IMG/VR virus record: IMGVR_UViG_3300011390_000031
Coordinates: 834-64,833 of that record
From: a virus
Strand: one strand, 5' to 3'
DNA: 64,000 nt
The translations under genes were made by a program, and so were the position numbers. The notes under the pieces were generated by a model. The model saw only the letters and a list, made by a program, of their open reading frames with translations, was not told where the DNA came from and ran no database searches. Positions 34,691-44,560 of the stretch are shown one piece after another (position 1 is the stretch's first letter; each line of letters starts with the position of its first letter).

Positions 34691-35365
34691 ATGTCACGGC
34701 GACTCGACGGAACCCTTCACGGCACGCACTACGACAAAGCGTGTGTCCAATGCGGCACCGCATTCAGGACGCGCAAGCCTGAAGCCAAGTGCTGCAGCAA
34801 CAGATGCGTCAACCTTGAACGCTACGACAGGATCGGCAGGACAGGTAAGGCGGCGCTCATCCGATCGAGCAGCGTCTACCCTCGCGACTGCGACCTCTGT
34901 CGCAAGCCGTTCATTGCGAGGCACCGTGATGTAGTCCAGTGCCTCGCATGCCGAGACTCATCGAAGGCTTGGCGCGTGTTCATCTCCGAGTGCAGTGCAT
35001 GCTCGAAGCTCTTCGCCTCCAGATACACCAGCCGCACATGCACGCCGGCGTGTGCCGAGTTCGCTCGGTTGATGGCCAAGCGTGAAGCCAAGCACAAGCG
35101 CCGAGCGATCGAGCGCGACGCCTTCGTCTCGAACGTCTCACCTCGAAGAGTGTTTGAACGCGATGGATGGAAGTGCCACCTGTGCGGCAAGAAGATCAAC
35201 CGCAAAGCGCAGGTGCCGCACGCATTGGCCGCGACCATCGACCACGTCATTCCATTGGCTGCCGGCGGTACTCACGAGCCCCTGAACTGCCGGACCGCGC
35301 ACTTCATCTGCAACAGCTCGAAGGGGTCCCGAGGCGGCGGCGAGCAGCTCCTCCTGGTGGCCTGA
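34691..35365 (+). CDS. HNH endonuclease with N-terminal Zn-finger repeats
   Basis: Several CxxC; RDGWKCHLCG...TIDHVIPLAAGGTHEPLNCRTAHFICNSSKG. Confidence 0.9.
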   Translation: MSRRLDGTLHGTHYDKACVQCGTAFRTRKPEAKCCSNRCVNLERYDRIGRTGKAALIRSSSVYPRDCDLCRKPFIARHRDVVQCLACRDSSKAWRVFISECSACSKLFASRYTSRTCTPACAEFARLMAKREAKHKRRAIERDAFVSNVSPRRVFERDGWKCHLCGKKINRKAQVPHALAATIDHVIPLAAGGTHEPLNCRTAHFICNSSKGSRGGGEQLLLVA

Positions 35366-35411
35366 CAGGCACCCCCACCCCTAACACCCCAAGGGGTCGT
35401 CGACGAATGAC

Positions 35412-35420
35412 CGCGGGGGA
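35412..35420 (+). other. Candidate cos (3' overhang) sequence CGCGGGGGA
   Basis: Between HNH and terS, in GACCGCGGGGGAGGG...GCGGAGGGTTCA context resembling actinophage cos ends. Confidence 0.45.
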
Positions 35421-35515
35421 GGGCGCTGAATGGCGCGGAGGGTTCAGAACTTTCCAGATGGCGCGATGCCACCTGGGTCCGACGTGGCGCGATGCCACTG
35501 AAGGGGTTGATGGTT

Positions 35516-36061
35516 ATGGCAAAGGGTGGTGCTCGGAACAGGTCTGGACCGCAGGCGAGTCCTACGTCCGGTCGGTCGGATCGTCGAGGCTTGTCGTTGA
35601 CCGACTTGCCGCGTGAGGGTTACTCCGGAGCGGCTCCGGAGTTTCCTTTGATGGCGCGAGTTGTGATGCGGACGGAGTTCGGAGAGAAGGGCGCTCGCTA
35701 TGAGATTGTCGATCAGGATGCGACGGCGGATTTCCGAGAGCGTGAGGCAGATCTGTGGGCGTGGGCATGGTCAACTCCTCAGGCTGCGGCGTGGTCGAGG
35801 GAGTCGTGGAGGTGGCAGGCCGTAGCTCACTGGGTGCGAACCTCAGTGATCTGTGAGTCCGGTGGATCGACTGCGGCCGATCGTGGCTCACTCCATCGCT
35901 TCGCCGACCAGATCGGGATGACTCCGGCCGGGTTACGCGAGAATGGCTGGGCGGTTGCAACCGACGAGGTTGCCGAAGCGCGCGAGTCGACGTCGGAACC
36001 TCGGGCAGCGAAGGCAGCTCCGACTCGCCGCTTGAGGGCGGTCTCCGGTGGCGGAGGCTGA
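35516..36061 (+). CDS. terS: Terminase small subunit
   Basis: MAKGGARNRSGP...WAWAWSTPQAAAW...FADQIGMTPAGL. Confidence 0.85.
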   Translation: MAKGGARNRSGPQASPTSGRSDRRGLSLTDLPREGYSGAAPEFPLMARVVMRTEFGEKGARYEIVDQDATADFREREADLWAWAWSTPQAAAWSRESWRWQAVAHWVRTSVICESGGSTAADRGSLHRFADQIGMTPAGLRENGWAVATDEVAEARESTSEPRAAKAAPTRRLRAVSGGGG

Positions 36062-37130
36062 CGGGTTCGTCGTCGACTTCCCGACTCTCGGTGACATCGC
36101 AGACAAGTGGATCGAGCAGCATTGCCGCATCCCTGACGGTTATCGCCGTGGCGACAACTTCACCTGGTCCGATTGGCAGTTCTGGTGTGGCGCCAACTAT
36201 TACCGGATTCGACCCGACTCCGCTTGGGCAAGTTCGAATGAGCCGCTATACAACCAGGCGTTCACCTATCGACGCGCTCAGATAGTTGCCCCGCAGAAGA
36301 CTGGCAAGGGGCCTTGGGCGGCTTCGATGGCATGCTTCGAAGCTGTCGGCCCTTCGCAATTCCTGGGATGGGCCGGCGCCGACGATGGGTATGCGTGCTC
36401 GGAATACGGCTGCGGGTGCGGGTGGGAATATCCGTATCTTCCGGGTGAGCCGATGGGAATGCGACACCCCTCGCCAGTGATTCAGTTGACGGCGACTAAC
36501 GAGGATCAGGTCGGTAATGTCTACCGGCCACTGACGGCCATGATTCGTCTTGGCGAGTTGTCGGAGTTGATGTACGTCCGCGAGGGTTTCATCCGCATTG
36601 CGGGCGAGGCCGGCGGGGAGGACTTCGACCGTATCGACGCTGTGACGTCTTCGGCGACAGGACGAGTGGGAAATCCGGTCTCGTGGGTGCTGCACGACGA
36701 GACGGGCCTCTATACGAAGTCGAACAAAATGGTCAAGGTCGCAGAGGACCAGCGCCGCGGCGCGGCCGGCATGAACGGTCGGACGATGGAAACCACCAAC
36801 GCGTGGGACCCATCCGAGAACTCCACAGCACAGCGAACATTCGAGTCCGGAATGACGGACATCTTCAAGTTCTATCGGATTCCCCCGGCGGGCCTCTCGT
36901 GGGGCAACAAGCGGGAACGTCGAAAGATCCTGAAGTACGTCTACGAAGGATCTCCTTGGGTGAACCTCGACTCAATCGACGCCGAGGCTATGGAACTCAA
37001 CGAAACCGACCCCGCCCAGGCTGAACGATTCTTCGGCAACCGCCTGGTCTACGGACAGGGTTCATGGCTCCGTGACGGGCTGTGGGATTCGAGGTATGCG
37101 GGTGTCGAAGCTGTGGCTGCCGAATCCTGA
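36048..37130 (+). CDS. terL: Terminase large subunit, ATPase part
   Basis: Walker A APQKTGKGP, QLTATNEDQ, Walker B VLHDETG, ETTNAW. Confidence 0.9.
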   Translation: MAEADGFVVDFPTLGDIADKWIEQHCRIPDGYRRGDNFTWSDWQFWCGANYYRIRPDSAWASSNEPLYNQAFTYRRAQIVAPQKTGKGPWAASMACFEAVGPSQFLGWAGADDGYACSEYGCGCGWEYPYLPGEPMGMRHPSPVIQLTATNEDQVGNVYRPLTAMIRLGELSELMYVREGFIRIAGEAGGEDFDRIDAVTSSATGRVGNPVSWVLHDETGLYTKSNKMVKVAEDQRRGAAGMNGRTMETTNAWDPSENSTAQRTFESGMTDIFKFYRIPPAGLSWGNKRERRKILKYVYEGSPWVNLDSIDAEAMELNETDPAQAERFFGNRLVYGQGSWLRDGLWDSRYAGVEAVAAES

Positions 37131-37707
37131 TCCGGGCACATTGGTTTCGGCCGGATTCGACGGCAGCGAGAACAACGACTGGACGGCAATTCGGTGCGAA
37201 ACGATCGACGGACTGCAGTTCACCCCCCGCTACGGGCCGGATCGACGCCCGACGATCTGGAATCCGGAGAAGTGGGGCGGGATGATCCCGCGCGGCGAGG
37301 TTCTGACCGCGGTCGACGAGATTTTCTCGACCTGGAAAGTGGCTCGGTTCTATTGCGATCCGCAGGACTGGTATTCGGAGATCGGGGACTGGGCCTTGAA
37401 GCACGGTGAAGAGCATGTCTCGGAGTGGCCGACGAACAAGATCGATCGGATGTTTCACGCGATCAGGCGATTTGAGATGGATCTCGCGAGCGGCCGAATC
37501 AAGCAGGACGGTTGCCCGATCACGGAGTTCGCGATCGCGAATTGCCGCAAGGTCGCGAAGCCTGGCCAGAAGTACGTTCTCGGAAAGCCGACCGATCATC
37601 AAAAGATTGACCCTGCAATGGCATCCATTCTCGCCCATGAGGCTGCTGCTGATGCTCGCGAGTCCGGCTGGACTGCCGCTCCTAGTACCCGAATGATCGC
37701 TTTCTGA
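37096..37707 (+). CDS. Terminase large subunit, nuclease part (separate ORF)
   Basis: AGFDGSENNDWTAI...FYCDP...KIDPAMA RNase H-like motifs. Confidence 0.85.
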   Translation: MRVSKLWLPNPDPGTLVSAGFDGSENNDWTAIRCETIDGLQFTPRYGPDRRPTIWNPEKWGGMIPRGEVLTAVDEIFSTWKVARFYCDPQDWYSEIGDWALKHGEEHVSEWPTNKIDRMFHAIRRFEMDLASGRIKQDGCPITEFAIANCRKVAKPGQKYVLGKPTDHQKIDPAMASILAHEAAADARESGWTAAPSTRMIAF

Positions 37708-37725
37708 AAGTTGGTGATGTGGCCG

Positions 37726-39057
37726 ATGGCCGAGACTGTTGACCTCATCCCGATCCTTGAAAAGGGTCTCTCAGCGGATGTTTCCAACCTGACCAAGTGG
37801 GACAACTACCTCGAAGGCGAGCAGCCTTTGAAGTACATGTCCGAGGCCATGAAGGAGGAGCTCGGCGATACCGCGGTCGAGCTCGTTCTGAACTGGGCTC
37901 GACTGGTGGCTGACGCTTACGAGAATCGGCTCGACGTCGAAGGCTTCCGGTACGCGGATGCCGAGATCGAGGACGAAGCTCTTTGGGCGGCTTGGCAGTA
38001 CAACAACATGGACGAGCAGTCCCAGCAGGGGCATCTCGAATCCATCGCATTGTCTCGGGCCTATGTGCTGATCAGCACCAACCCTGAGAAGGACGGGCCG
38101 CCCCTGAATACGATCGAGTCTCCGTTTCAGGTGTGGGCTCGCAGGGATCCGCAGACACGCAAGGTGTCGAGTGCGATCAAGAAGTGGAAAGACGTCGACG
38201 ACGTCGAGCACGTCCTGATCTACACACCCGAGGAGACGACGGAGTTCGTCAAGAAGGGTGGCGCGTGGGCGAAGGGTGAGTTCGAGGACAAGCACAACTT
38301 CGGGATTGTCCCGGTGGTGCCGTTGGTGAACAAGCCTCGAACTCTTCGCCCCGACGGGACAACGGAATTCAAGGACATCATCCCGATCGCTGATGCGGCG
38401 AACAAGATGGCGACCGACATGATGACCTCTGCGGAGTTTCATGCGATGCCACGGCGCTGGGCATTCGGTCTGAAGCAGGACGATTTCGTGGACCGGAACG
38501 GGAACGCGATCAGTTCCTGGTCGAAGATCAAGAACCGCATTTGGGCGAACGAGAGCAAAGACGTCTCCGTCGGCACGTTCCCCGAGTCCGACCTCGTGAA
38601 CTTCCACAACACGATCAAACTGCTGGCGCAGTTGACGACCCAACTTGCTGCTCTGCCGCCTCACTACATGGACTTCAACGGCGCGAATCCTACCTCCGCG
38701 GATGCGATTCGGTCCTCGGAGACTCAGCTGGTGAAGCGAGTGGAACGCAAACACACCTTCCTTGGCGGTGCCTGGGAGGACGTGCAGCGCATCAACCTTA
38801 TGTTCATCCGAAAGAAGTCGGAACTCGAAGATCGCGACTACCAGCTGGAAACAGTGTGGCGTGATCCGTCGACTCCGACCGTGTCTCAGAAGGCGGATGC
38901 TGCCGTGAAGAAGTATGAGGCTGGAATCGTGCCGCTCGAGCAAACTCGGATCGATCTGGGGTACAGCGCTACTCAGCGAACGCAGATGCGGGCGATGGAT
39001 ACCGAAGCTTCGCCTGCGAATCAGATCGCGAAGCTCGTGAAGGCCGATGCTGCCTGA
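37726..39057 (+). CDS. Portal protein (SPP1 gp6-like)
   Basis: YLEGEQP...LVLNWARLVADAYENRL...SADAIRSSE...VWRDP. Confidence 0.92.
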   Translation: MAETVDLIPILEKGLSADVSNLTKWDNYLEGEQPLKYMSEAMKEELGDTAVELVLNWARLVADAYENRLDVEGFRYADAEIEDEALWAAWQYNNMDEQSQQGHLESIALSRAYVLISTNPEKDGPPLNTIESPFQVWARRDPQTRKVSSAIKKWKDVDDVEHVLIYTPEETTEFVKKGGAWAKGEFEDKHNFGIVPVVPLVNKPRTLRPDGTTEFKDIIPIADAANKMATDMMTSAEFHAMPRRWAFGLKQDDFVDRNGNAISSWSKIKNRIWANESKDVSVGTFPESDLVNFHNTIKLLAQLTTQLAALPPHYMDFNGANPTSADAIRSSETQLVKRVERKHTFLGGAWEDVQRINLMFIRKKSELEDRDYQLETVWRDPSTPTVSQKADAAVKKYEAGIVPLEQTRIDLGYSATQRTQMRAMDTEASPANQIAKLVKADAA

Positions 39058-40891
39058 TGCCGCTGCCGCGCACTATGCGGAGCAGCGGGGGATCACCGCG
39101 GATGTACTAGGGATCGCGGCTGATATCTGGGGCACTCGTCCGCCGAGGGACTTCGACGCCTGGTTCGATGCGAACATCGGCTTGCTGATGGAGCTGGTAA
39201 CCGCAGGCCAAGGTCGCGCGATGGCGGGTTCGGGGGAGTACGTCGCCGACGCGCTCGATGAGCTCGGAATCTCCGGAGTCGCTCCGGAATCTGCCGTCGA
39301 AACTGCCGCACTCGTTGGGGTTGCGTCTGATGGTCGTGCGCTTGATTCGCTGATGTACGGCGCGGTGATCACCTCCAAAGGGCAGGTCGCAGAGGGTGCA
39401 TCGACGGCGCAGGCGTGGGAATCCGGCTTGAGTGCGTTGTTGACTCGACTGCAAGTCCAGGTGGCTGACGCTTCTCGGGCTGCGACGTCGTTGCATATCG
39501 CTTCCCGGCGTGGTGTGGGGTATGTGCGGATGCTCAATCCGCCGTCCTGCTCGCGTTGCGTTGTGCTGGCGGGCAGGTTCTACCGCTACAACCAGGGGTT
39601 CGATCGCCATCCGGGCTGTGATTGCCGGCATATACCCGCAAATGAGGATCGTGCGGGAGATCTGCGGACGGATCCGCGACTGTACTTCGAGTCGCGGAGT
39701 GCGGCACAGCAGGACAAAGAGTTCACTATCGCTGGCGCACAGGCGATCCGCGATGGCGCCGACATGCCCCAGGTCGTGAATGCGCGGCGCGGAATGTCGA
39801 CGGCGCAGGTCAATCTGGCGGGCTGGATCCCGAAAGGAAAGCTCAGCACCCAGAGCGTCTACGGCCAACGCATTGCCACGACGGACGAGGGTGTCACGCG
39901 TCTCGGTGTGGCCTATCAGGCGATGTCGATGGCTGGATATGCGGAGCGGTCGACGGATGTTCGTGGGCGCCGGTACTTCAAGGCGAAGGCGCCCAGGTTG
40001 ATGCCGGAAACGATCTACCAGATCGCCGAGGATCGTCCGGATGCCCTTCGGCTGCTGAAGCTGTACGGGTATGTGTCGGATGATATTGCGCCGCGGCGTG
40101 CCACCTCCGTCAAGCTCAGTCCGAAGGCCGGTGACGGAAAGTCGATCTGGCAAACGCCGGAGGAGCTGGCAGCAGCAAAGGCGGCAGCATCGAGCGCGGG
40201 CAATAGTTCCGTCGTCCGCAAGTTGGTCGAGCCGGAAATATCGCCGAATGTCGTCGGTCTCGAGAAGATGCAATTCGAGCGCGACTTTGCGATGGTCCCG
40301 AAAGCCGCCAAGGAGATTCTCGCAGAGCGTGGGGTCGAGATTGTTGTCGCCCGCAAGGTTTCGGAGTCGAAGTTCGCCGAGCTGTTCAAGGATATGCGAA
40401 CCGATGACGGTCGAGCAGTCGAGGACCTGTCCTTTTATCAGGACAGTCTCTCTGCAGTCGTCATCACGACTGGTCACGAGTCGGGTTCGGTCAATGTCGT
40501 CGCTCACGAGATCGGTCATGCGCTGGATTCCCGCACATTGCGTGGGAATCCGGTCGACGTCGTATGGCAAGAGCAGGGGAGCGAACACCTTCCCACTTCG
40601 ATCAAGCAGCGGATACAGGAACCGGACGTCACCACCGTCGATCGATTCATCGACGATCCGTACGTCGAGTGGGCGCACTCTGCGTTCATCCACAAGAACC
40701 CCGCGGCGAACGCTTACTACCGCACCGGATCCGAGGGGCACGCACAGTCCGGCCGCGAAGAATGGGTGGCCGAGGGTTACGCAGCTGTCGTCGAACGTAA
40801 CGACGCCTGGCTGCTCACGATCAGCGGAGGTAGCCGCGAGGCCGCGGATATACTCAAATGGACGTACCGACGGATGGGAGTGCTGCCATGA
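39047..40891 (+). CDS. MuF-like minor head protein fused to zincin metallopeptidase domain
   Basis: CSRCVVLAG...FDRHPGCDCRH MuF-like core ending about LLKLYGYV; extension with VVAHEIGHALD and EEWVAEGYA. Confidence 0.8.
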   Translation: MLPDAAAAHYAEQRGITADVLGIAADIWGTRPPRDFDAWFDANIGLLMELVTAGQGRAMAGSGEYVADALDELGISGVAPESAVETAALVGVASDGRALDSLMYGAVITSKGQVAEGASTAQAWESGLSALLTRLQVQVADASRAATSLHIASRRGVGYVRMLNPPSCSRCVVLAGRFYRYNQGFDRHPGCDCRHIPANEDRAGDLRTDPRLYFESRSAAQQDKEFTIAGAQAIRDGADMPQVVNARRGMSTAQVNLAGWIPKGKLSTQSVYGQRIATTDEGVTRLGVAYQAMSMAGYAERSTDVRGRRYFKAKAPRLMPETIYQIAEDRPDALRLLKLYGYVSDDIAPRRATSVKLSPKAGDGKSIWQTPEELAAAKAAASSAGNSSVVRKLVEPEISPNVVGLEKMQFERDFAMVPKAAKEILAERGVEIVVARKVSESKFAELFKDMRTDDGRAVEDLSFYQDSLSAVVITTGHESGSVNVVAHEIGHALDSRTLRGNPVDVVWQEQGSEHLPTSIKQRIQEPDVTTVDRFIDDPYVEWAHSAFIHKNPAANAYYRTGSEGHAQSGREEWVAEGYAAVVERNDAWLLTISGGSREAADILKWTYRRMGVLP

Positions 40892-41133
40892 TGCTGCCGC
40901 ACCTTGTTCTGGGCAATTTCCGCTATCTCGACGTGTGGGGAAACATCCAACCCGCGCGCCGGACGTTCACCGAGCGCGACCTCGAACGTCATCGACGGAT
41001 CAATCCGGACTTCGATCCACAGTCCGAGGCAGCTCCCGCTGCACCTGCGAAACTCACTGACGAGAACCGCGCGTACTGGGAAGCGAATGCTGCCAAGGGC
41101 GGTCACGTCCTTGATGATCTGATGCAGATCTAA
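40888..41133 (+). CDS. Small protein after MuF-peptidase (candidate immunity)
   Basis: ATGA overlap with toxin-like gene. Confidence 0.55.
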   Translation: MMLPHLVLGNFRYLDVWGNIQPARRTFTERDLERHRRINPDFDPQSEAAPAAPAKLTDENRAYWEANAAKGGHVLDDLMQI

Positions 41134-41168
41134 CCTCACCTCCCGCTAGCCAACTTCACACGACCCCG

Positions 41169-41264
41169 AAAGGCCCCGAGAGCAATCCGCTCCGGGGCCT
41201 TTGTCATGTCCAAATCTTCCCCGCTCGGCGGGGAGTTCAATCCCGCGCGGGCGATCCGTGCGGG
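41169..41264. promoter_or_regulatory. Three hairpins before scaffold gene (first is terminator-like)
   Basis: AAAGGCCCCG/CGGGGCCTTT 41169-202; TCCCCGC/GCGGGGA 41218-34; CCCGCGCGG/CCGTGCGGG 41242-64. Confidence 0.55.
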
Positions 41265-41293
41265 CTCACCCCCGCGATGGAGGTTCATCACCC

Positions 41294-41917
41294 ATGTCCG
41301 CACCCATTCCCACTCCGCCTGTTGTCGTCGATCCGGCCGCTCCCGCAGCTCCTGTTCCGACGCCTCCGGCACCAGCACCGGCTCCGGCTGCTCCCGCACC
41401 TGCCTCCGCACCACTGGCCACTGACCCCAGCGCGAAGCCGGAAGTTCAGTACCCCGAGGGTCTCGGTGACCCCGGCAAGAAGGCACTCGATGCGGAGCGT
41501 GCACGTGCGGATCAGGCCGAGAAGGACCTGAAGGTCCTGCGTGACAAAGCCGCTGCCGATGCGAAGGCTGCCGAGGACGCGAAGCTCTCCGAGCTCGAGC
41601 GTGCTCAGAAGATTGCGAACGAAGCGACCGCCGCAGCAGAGAAGCAGGCGCAGGAGAACCAGCGCCTGAACTTTGCGTATGCGAATGGCGTTCCCCGCGA
41701 ATGGGTGAACCGCCTCCAAGGAACCACACCTGAAGAACTTGCGGCTGACTGGGCGATCCTGCAGCCGACTTTGGTAGCCCCGGTGGCTCCCATCGACCCG
41801 AATGCTCCTCGCGTTCCTGCGCCGGTCCCGTCGCCGGGGCCGCAGCCCAACGCTCCCAAGACCGAGGACGAGCTCCTCTACGAGCAGATCTACGGATCTG
41901 CTCCGAATCGAAAGTGA
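41294..41917 (+). CDS. Capsid scaffolding protein
   Basis: Pro/Ala-rich N-terminus; LGDPGKKALDAER...KLSELERAQK...LQGTTPEELAAD. Confidence 0.85.
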   Translation: MSAPIPTPPVVVDPAAPAAPVPTPPAPAPAPAAPAPASAPLATDPSAKPEVQYPEGLGDPGKKALDAERARADQAEKDLKVLRDKAAADAKAAEDAKLSELERAQKIANEATAAAEKQAQENQRLNFAYANGVPREWVNRLQGTTPEELAADWAILQPTLVAPVAPIDPNAPRVPAPVPSPGPQPNAPKTEDELLYEQIYGSAPNRK

Positions 41918-41927
41918 GAAATCAGAA

Positions 41928-42287
41928 ATGGCTGATTACGTTCCCATTCGGAAGCCTGGCTCGGATGTGCCGATCTTGACATCTGTCGCAGTGACAGGCG
42001 GTCAGTTGGTGTTCATCTCCGGATCCAACACCATCGCGCCCACCACGGCAGCGACATCCGCCTGGTTCGGTGTCGCAGCGTTCGACGCCGCGATCGGCGA
42101 ACTGGTCACGGTCCACCGCGGTGGCGTCCATGAACTCGCTGCCTCTGGCGCTATTGCGGCCGGCGCCAACGTCGTTGCGGCTGCGGCTGGTGCTGTCGCA
42201 ACCGTCGGAGCAGGAACCGCCGATCAGGTTGTCGGAGTCGCTCTTTCCGCCGCAGCGAGCGGCAAGGTCGTCGTCGCTCTCCGCTGA
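41928..42287 (+). CDS. Head decoration/cement protein (DUF2190-like)
   Basis: GVAAFDAAIGELVTV...ASGAIAAGANV. Confidence 0.8.
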   Translation: MADYVPIRKPGSDVPILTSVAVTGGQLVFISGSNTIAPTTAATSAWFGVAAFDAAIGELVTVHRGGVHELAASGAIAAGANVVAAAAGAVATVGAGTADQVVGVALSAAASGKVVVALR

Positions 42288-42357
42288 TCCATCCCGCTAA
42301 GTCCACTTCCACTTCCGGAGCCCACGCGGCTCCAGATCAGCCCAGGAGGGCCGTACA

Positions 42358-43260
42358 TTGGCTATTACCTACCCGAGTGGTCCGCCCACGTTCGCCGCGG
42401 ACACCGTCACCATCAGTCGATTCCTCAACAGCCCCACAGCTGTTGCTACCCGAATCAATCAGCTTGCGCAGCAGCGATTCATCTCCGACCTTCTCCTGAC
42501 TTCCCGTCAGGATGTGTCCGGAGGTGCAATCGTGTTCGAGCAGGACGATCCGCTCTACACCGATCGTCCCGTACAGGCCGTCTCGCCGGGTGGTGAGTAC
42601 CCGCTTGCCGGTGTGGGGTCGGGCACGCCTCAGGCTGTCCGCGTCACCAAATGGGGCCAGGACGTACCCATCACCGACGAGAAGATCAAGCGATCCAACT
42701 TTCAGCCGGTAGAGAAGGCGTTCAACGTCATCGTCAACCAGCTCGTGAAGACGATCGACTCGATCTCCCTGTCCCTGATTGCTTCCCAGGTCACCGCAAC
42801 CCAGACGGTGACCGACGGCGCATGGACGACATCCACCAAGATCCTGCGTGACATCATGCTCGCCAAGGCGAAGGTCACTGGACTGAACAAGGGCTACGAC
42901 CCGAACGTCATCGTCGTTGACGACACGATTTGGGCGATTCTGGCTTCCGACGACAAGCTCTCGACCCTGATGGCTCGTGAGGACAAGGGCAACGCCGTGT
43001 ACACGGGCGAGTTCCGTGTCATCGCTGGCCTGACGATTCTCCCCACCCCAAACCTGCCCGCACCTGGCGCCTGGGTGATCGACACCAATGCTCTCGGTGG
43101 CATTGGCGACGAGAAGCTTGGCGAGGGCTACGCCGGAGACACGGTGGAAACCAAGTCCATTCGCGACGATGACAACGACCAGTGGCGCATCCGCGGCCGT
43201 CGCGTCTGCGTGCCGTACGTGAACGAGCCTGGTGCCGCCATCAAGATCGCGAACGTCTGA
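42358..43260 (+). CDS. Major capsid protein
   Basis: VSPGGEYP...KWGQDVPITDE; position after scaffold; TTG start with AGGAGG RBS. Confidence 0.85.
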   Translation: MAITYPSGPPTFAADTVTISRFLNSPTAVATRINQLAQQRFISDLLLTSRQDVSGGAIVFEQDDPLYTDRPVQAVSPGGEYPLAGVGSGTPQAVRVTKWGQDVPITDEKIKRSNFQPVEKAFNVIVNQLVKTIDSISLSLIASQVTATQTVTDGAWTTSTKILRDIMLAKAKVTGLNKGYDPNVIVVDDTIWAILASDDKLSTLMAREDKGNAVYTGEFRVIAGLTILPTPNLPAPGAWVIDTNALGGIGDEKLGEGYAGDTVETKSIRDDDNDQWRIRGRRVCVPYVNEPGAAIKIANV

Positions 43261-43271
43261 GGAGTCTGAAT

Positions 43272-43616
43272 ATGTCTTATCTAGTGACAGCTCCACTCGT
43301 CGGCGTCAACGGCGCCGACGGAAAGTTGAAGTACCTGTTCGCAGGAACGGTTGTGCCGCTCGATGTTTCCCGAGCGGATCTCGATCGACTGGAGGAGGGC
43401 GGCCTCATCATCAACCAGGATCCGGTCGTTGTTCCCGCGTCGACATTCCCCGATGGGATCCCGTCCGAGGACTGGAAGGTGCCCGAACTCCTGGCGTATG
43501 CCGAGGAGTTCGGCATCGACCTCGGTGACGCGAAGAAGAAGGCCGACATCGTGCCCATTCTGACCGCACCTCCGGTAAATGACGACAGCTCGGGTAACGG
43601 TGACAGCGCCGCTTAG
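43272..43616 (+). CDS. Virion-associated protein with HeH-like motif
   Basis: WKVPELLAYAEEFGIDLGDAKKKADI. Confidence 0.7.
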   Translation: MSYLVTAPLVGVNGADGKLKYLFAGTVVPLDVSRADLDRLEEGGLIINQDPVVVPASTFPDGIPSEDWKVPELLAYAEEFGIDLGDAKKKADIVPILTAPPVNDDSSGNGDSAA

Positions 43617-43992
43617 TCCGCTGATTACGGTCGAGGACGTCGAATCTCGCCTGGGGGAGACCCTGGGCGGGACCGAACGGACTCAGGTCGAGTCGCTGAT
43701 TGCGTTCGCGTCTGCCCGACTTCGGGCGTATCCACTCGACATCGACAACCGGATCCTGCAGGGCGCGTTGGATCACATTCTCGTGACCGGTGTTGTCGTG
43801 ACTGCGGTTGCGCGCGCGCTGGATTCGATGCGCGTGGGCCTGCGGGTTCGATCGGAGCAATTCCCCGAGGTCAGTACGACGTACATGGACGCTGATCCGT
43901 CGCTGGTGTTCTTCACTGCCGACGATCTTGCGATCCTCAATCCTGCTGCGGGCACTCGGTCCGGTGGCGCCTTCTCGATCGTTCCCGGCTGA
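43600..43992 (+). CDS. Head-to-tail adaptor
   Basis: LITVEDVESRLG...LIAFASARLR; position. Confidence 0.7.
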   Translation: MTAPLSPLITVEDVESRLGETLGGTERTQVESLIAFASARLRAYPLDIDNRILQGALDHILVTGVVVTAVARALDSMRVGLRVRSEQFPEVSTTYMDADPSLVFFTADDLAILNPAAGTRSGGAFSIVPG

Positions 43993-44369
43993 TGTCGCGC
44001 CTACCTGAAGAGTGGGTGCTGCTGCAGGACAACCCGGTTGTCGAGATCGACCCCTCAACCGGGAATCGTCGTCCGGGTGCTCCGATCGAGACGCCGTGGC
44101 GGGGTCTGCTGCAGCAGCGGCAGTTGTCGGCATCCTCCGTGGACGCCGGCAACGTCGAATTCAAAGACGGTCACGTCGTGAGCTCGTACGTGTTGCTGCT
44201 CAATCCGGGACTGCAACCGCATCCGGAACGGCGAGACAGGTTCCGCGGTCCCGACGGAACGGTGTACACCGTCGTCGGAAAGCCTCGGGTGAGACGACCC
44301 GCTCGCGGGTCGCGCAGGCCTGTATACATTTCCGCGATCGTGCGGACATCATCTGACTACCAGGAGTAA
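43992..44369 (+). CDS. Head-to-tail stopper
   Basis: RDRFRGPDGTVYTVVGKP; position. Confidence 0.7.
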   Translation: MSRLPEEWVLLQDNPVVEIDPSTGNRRPGAPIETPWRGLLQQRQLSASSVDAGNVEFKDGHVVSSYVLLLNPGLQPHPERRDRFRGPDGTVYTVVGKPRVRRPARGSRRPVYISAIVRTSSDYQE

Positions 44370-44371
44370 TC

Positions 44372-44560
44372 GTGGCTATCAAAACATTCACCGACGAGGA
44401 CGGCGCGGTCCATCACACCGACGAGAACTCGAAGACTTATGCCAAGTACCTGAAGGGACTCGCGGCGAAGTCCGATCCTTTCGTGAAGGAAGCGCCGAAG
44501 CTCGAGGCGTCCAAGCCGGCCGCGAAGGCTGAAGTGAAGTCGGAGACCAAGGCTCCGTAA
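44372..44560 (+). CDS. Small hypothetical protein
   Basis: CAGGAG RBS. Confidence 0.6.
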   Translation: MAIKTFTDEDGAVHHTDENSKTYAKYLKGLAAKSDPFVKEAPKLEASKPAAKAEVKSETKAP

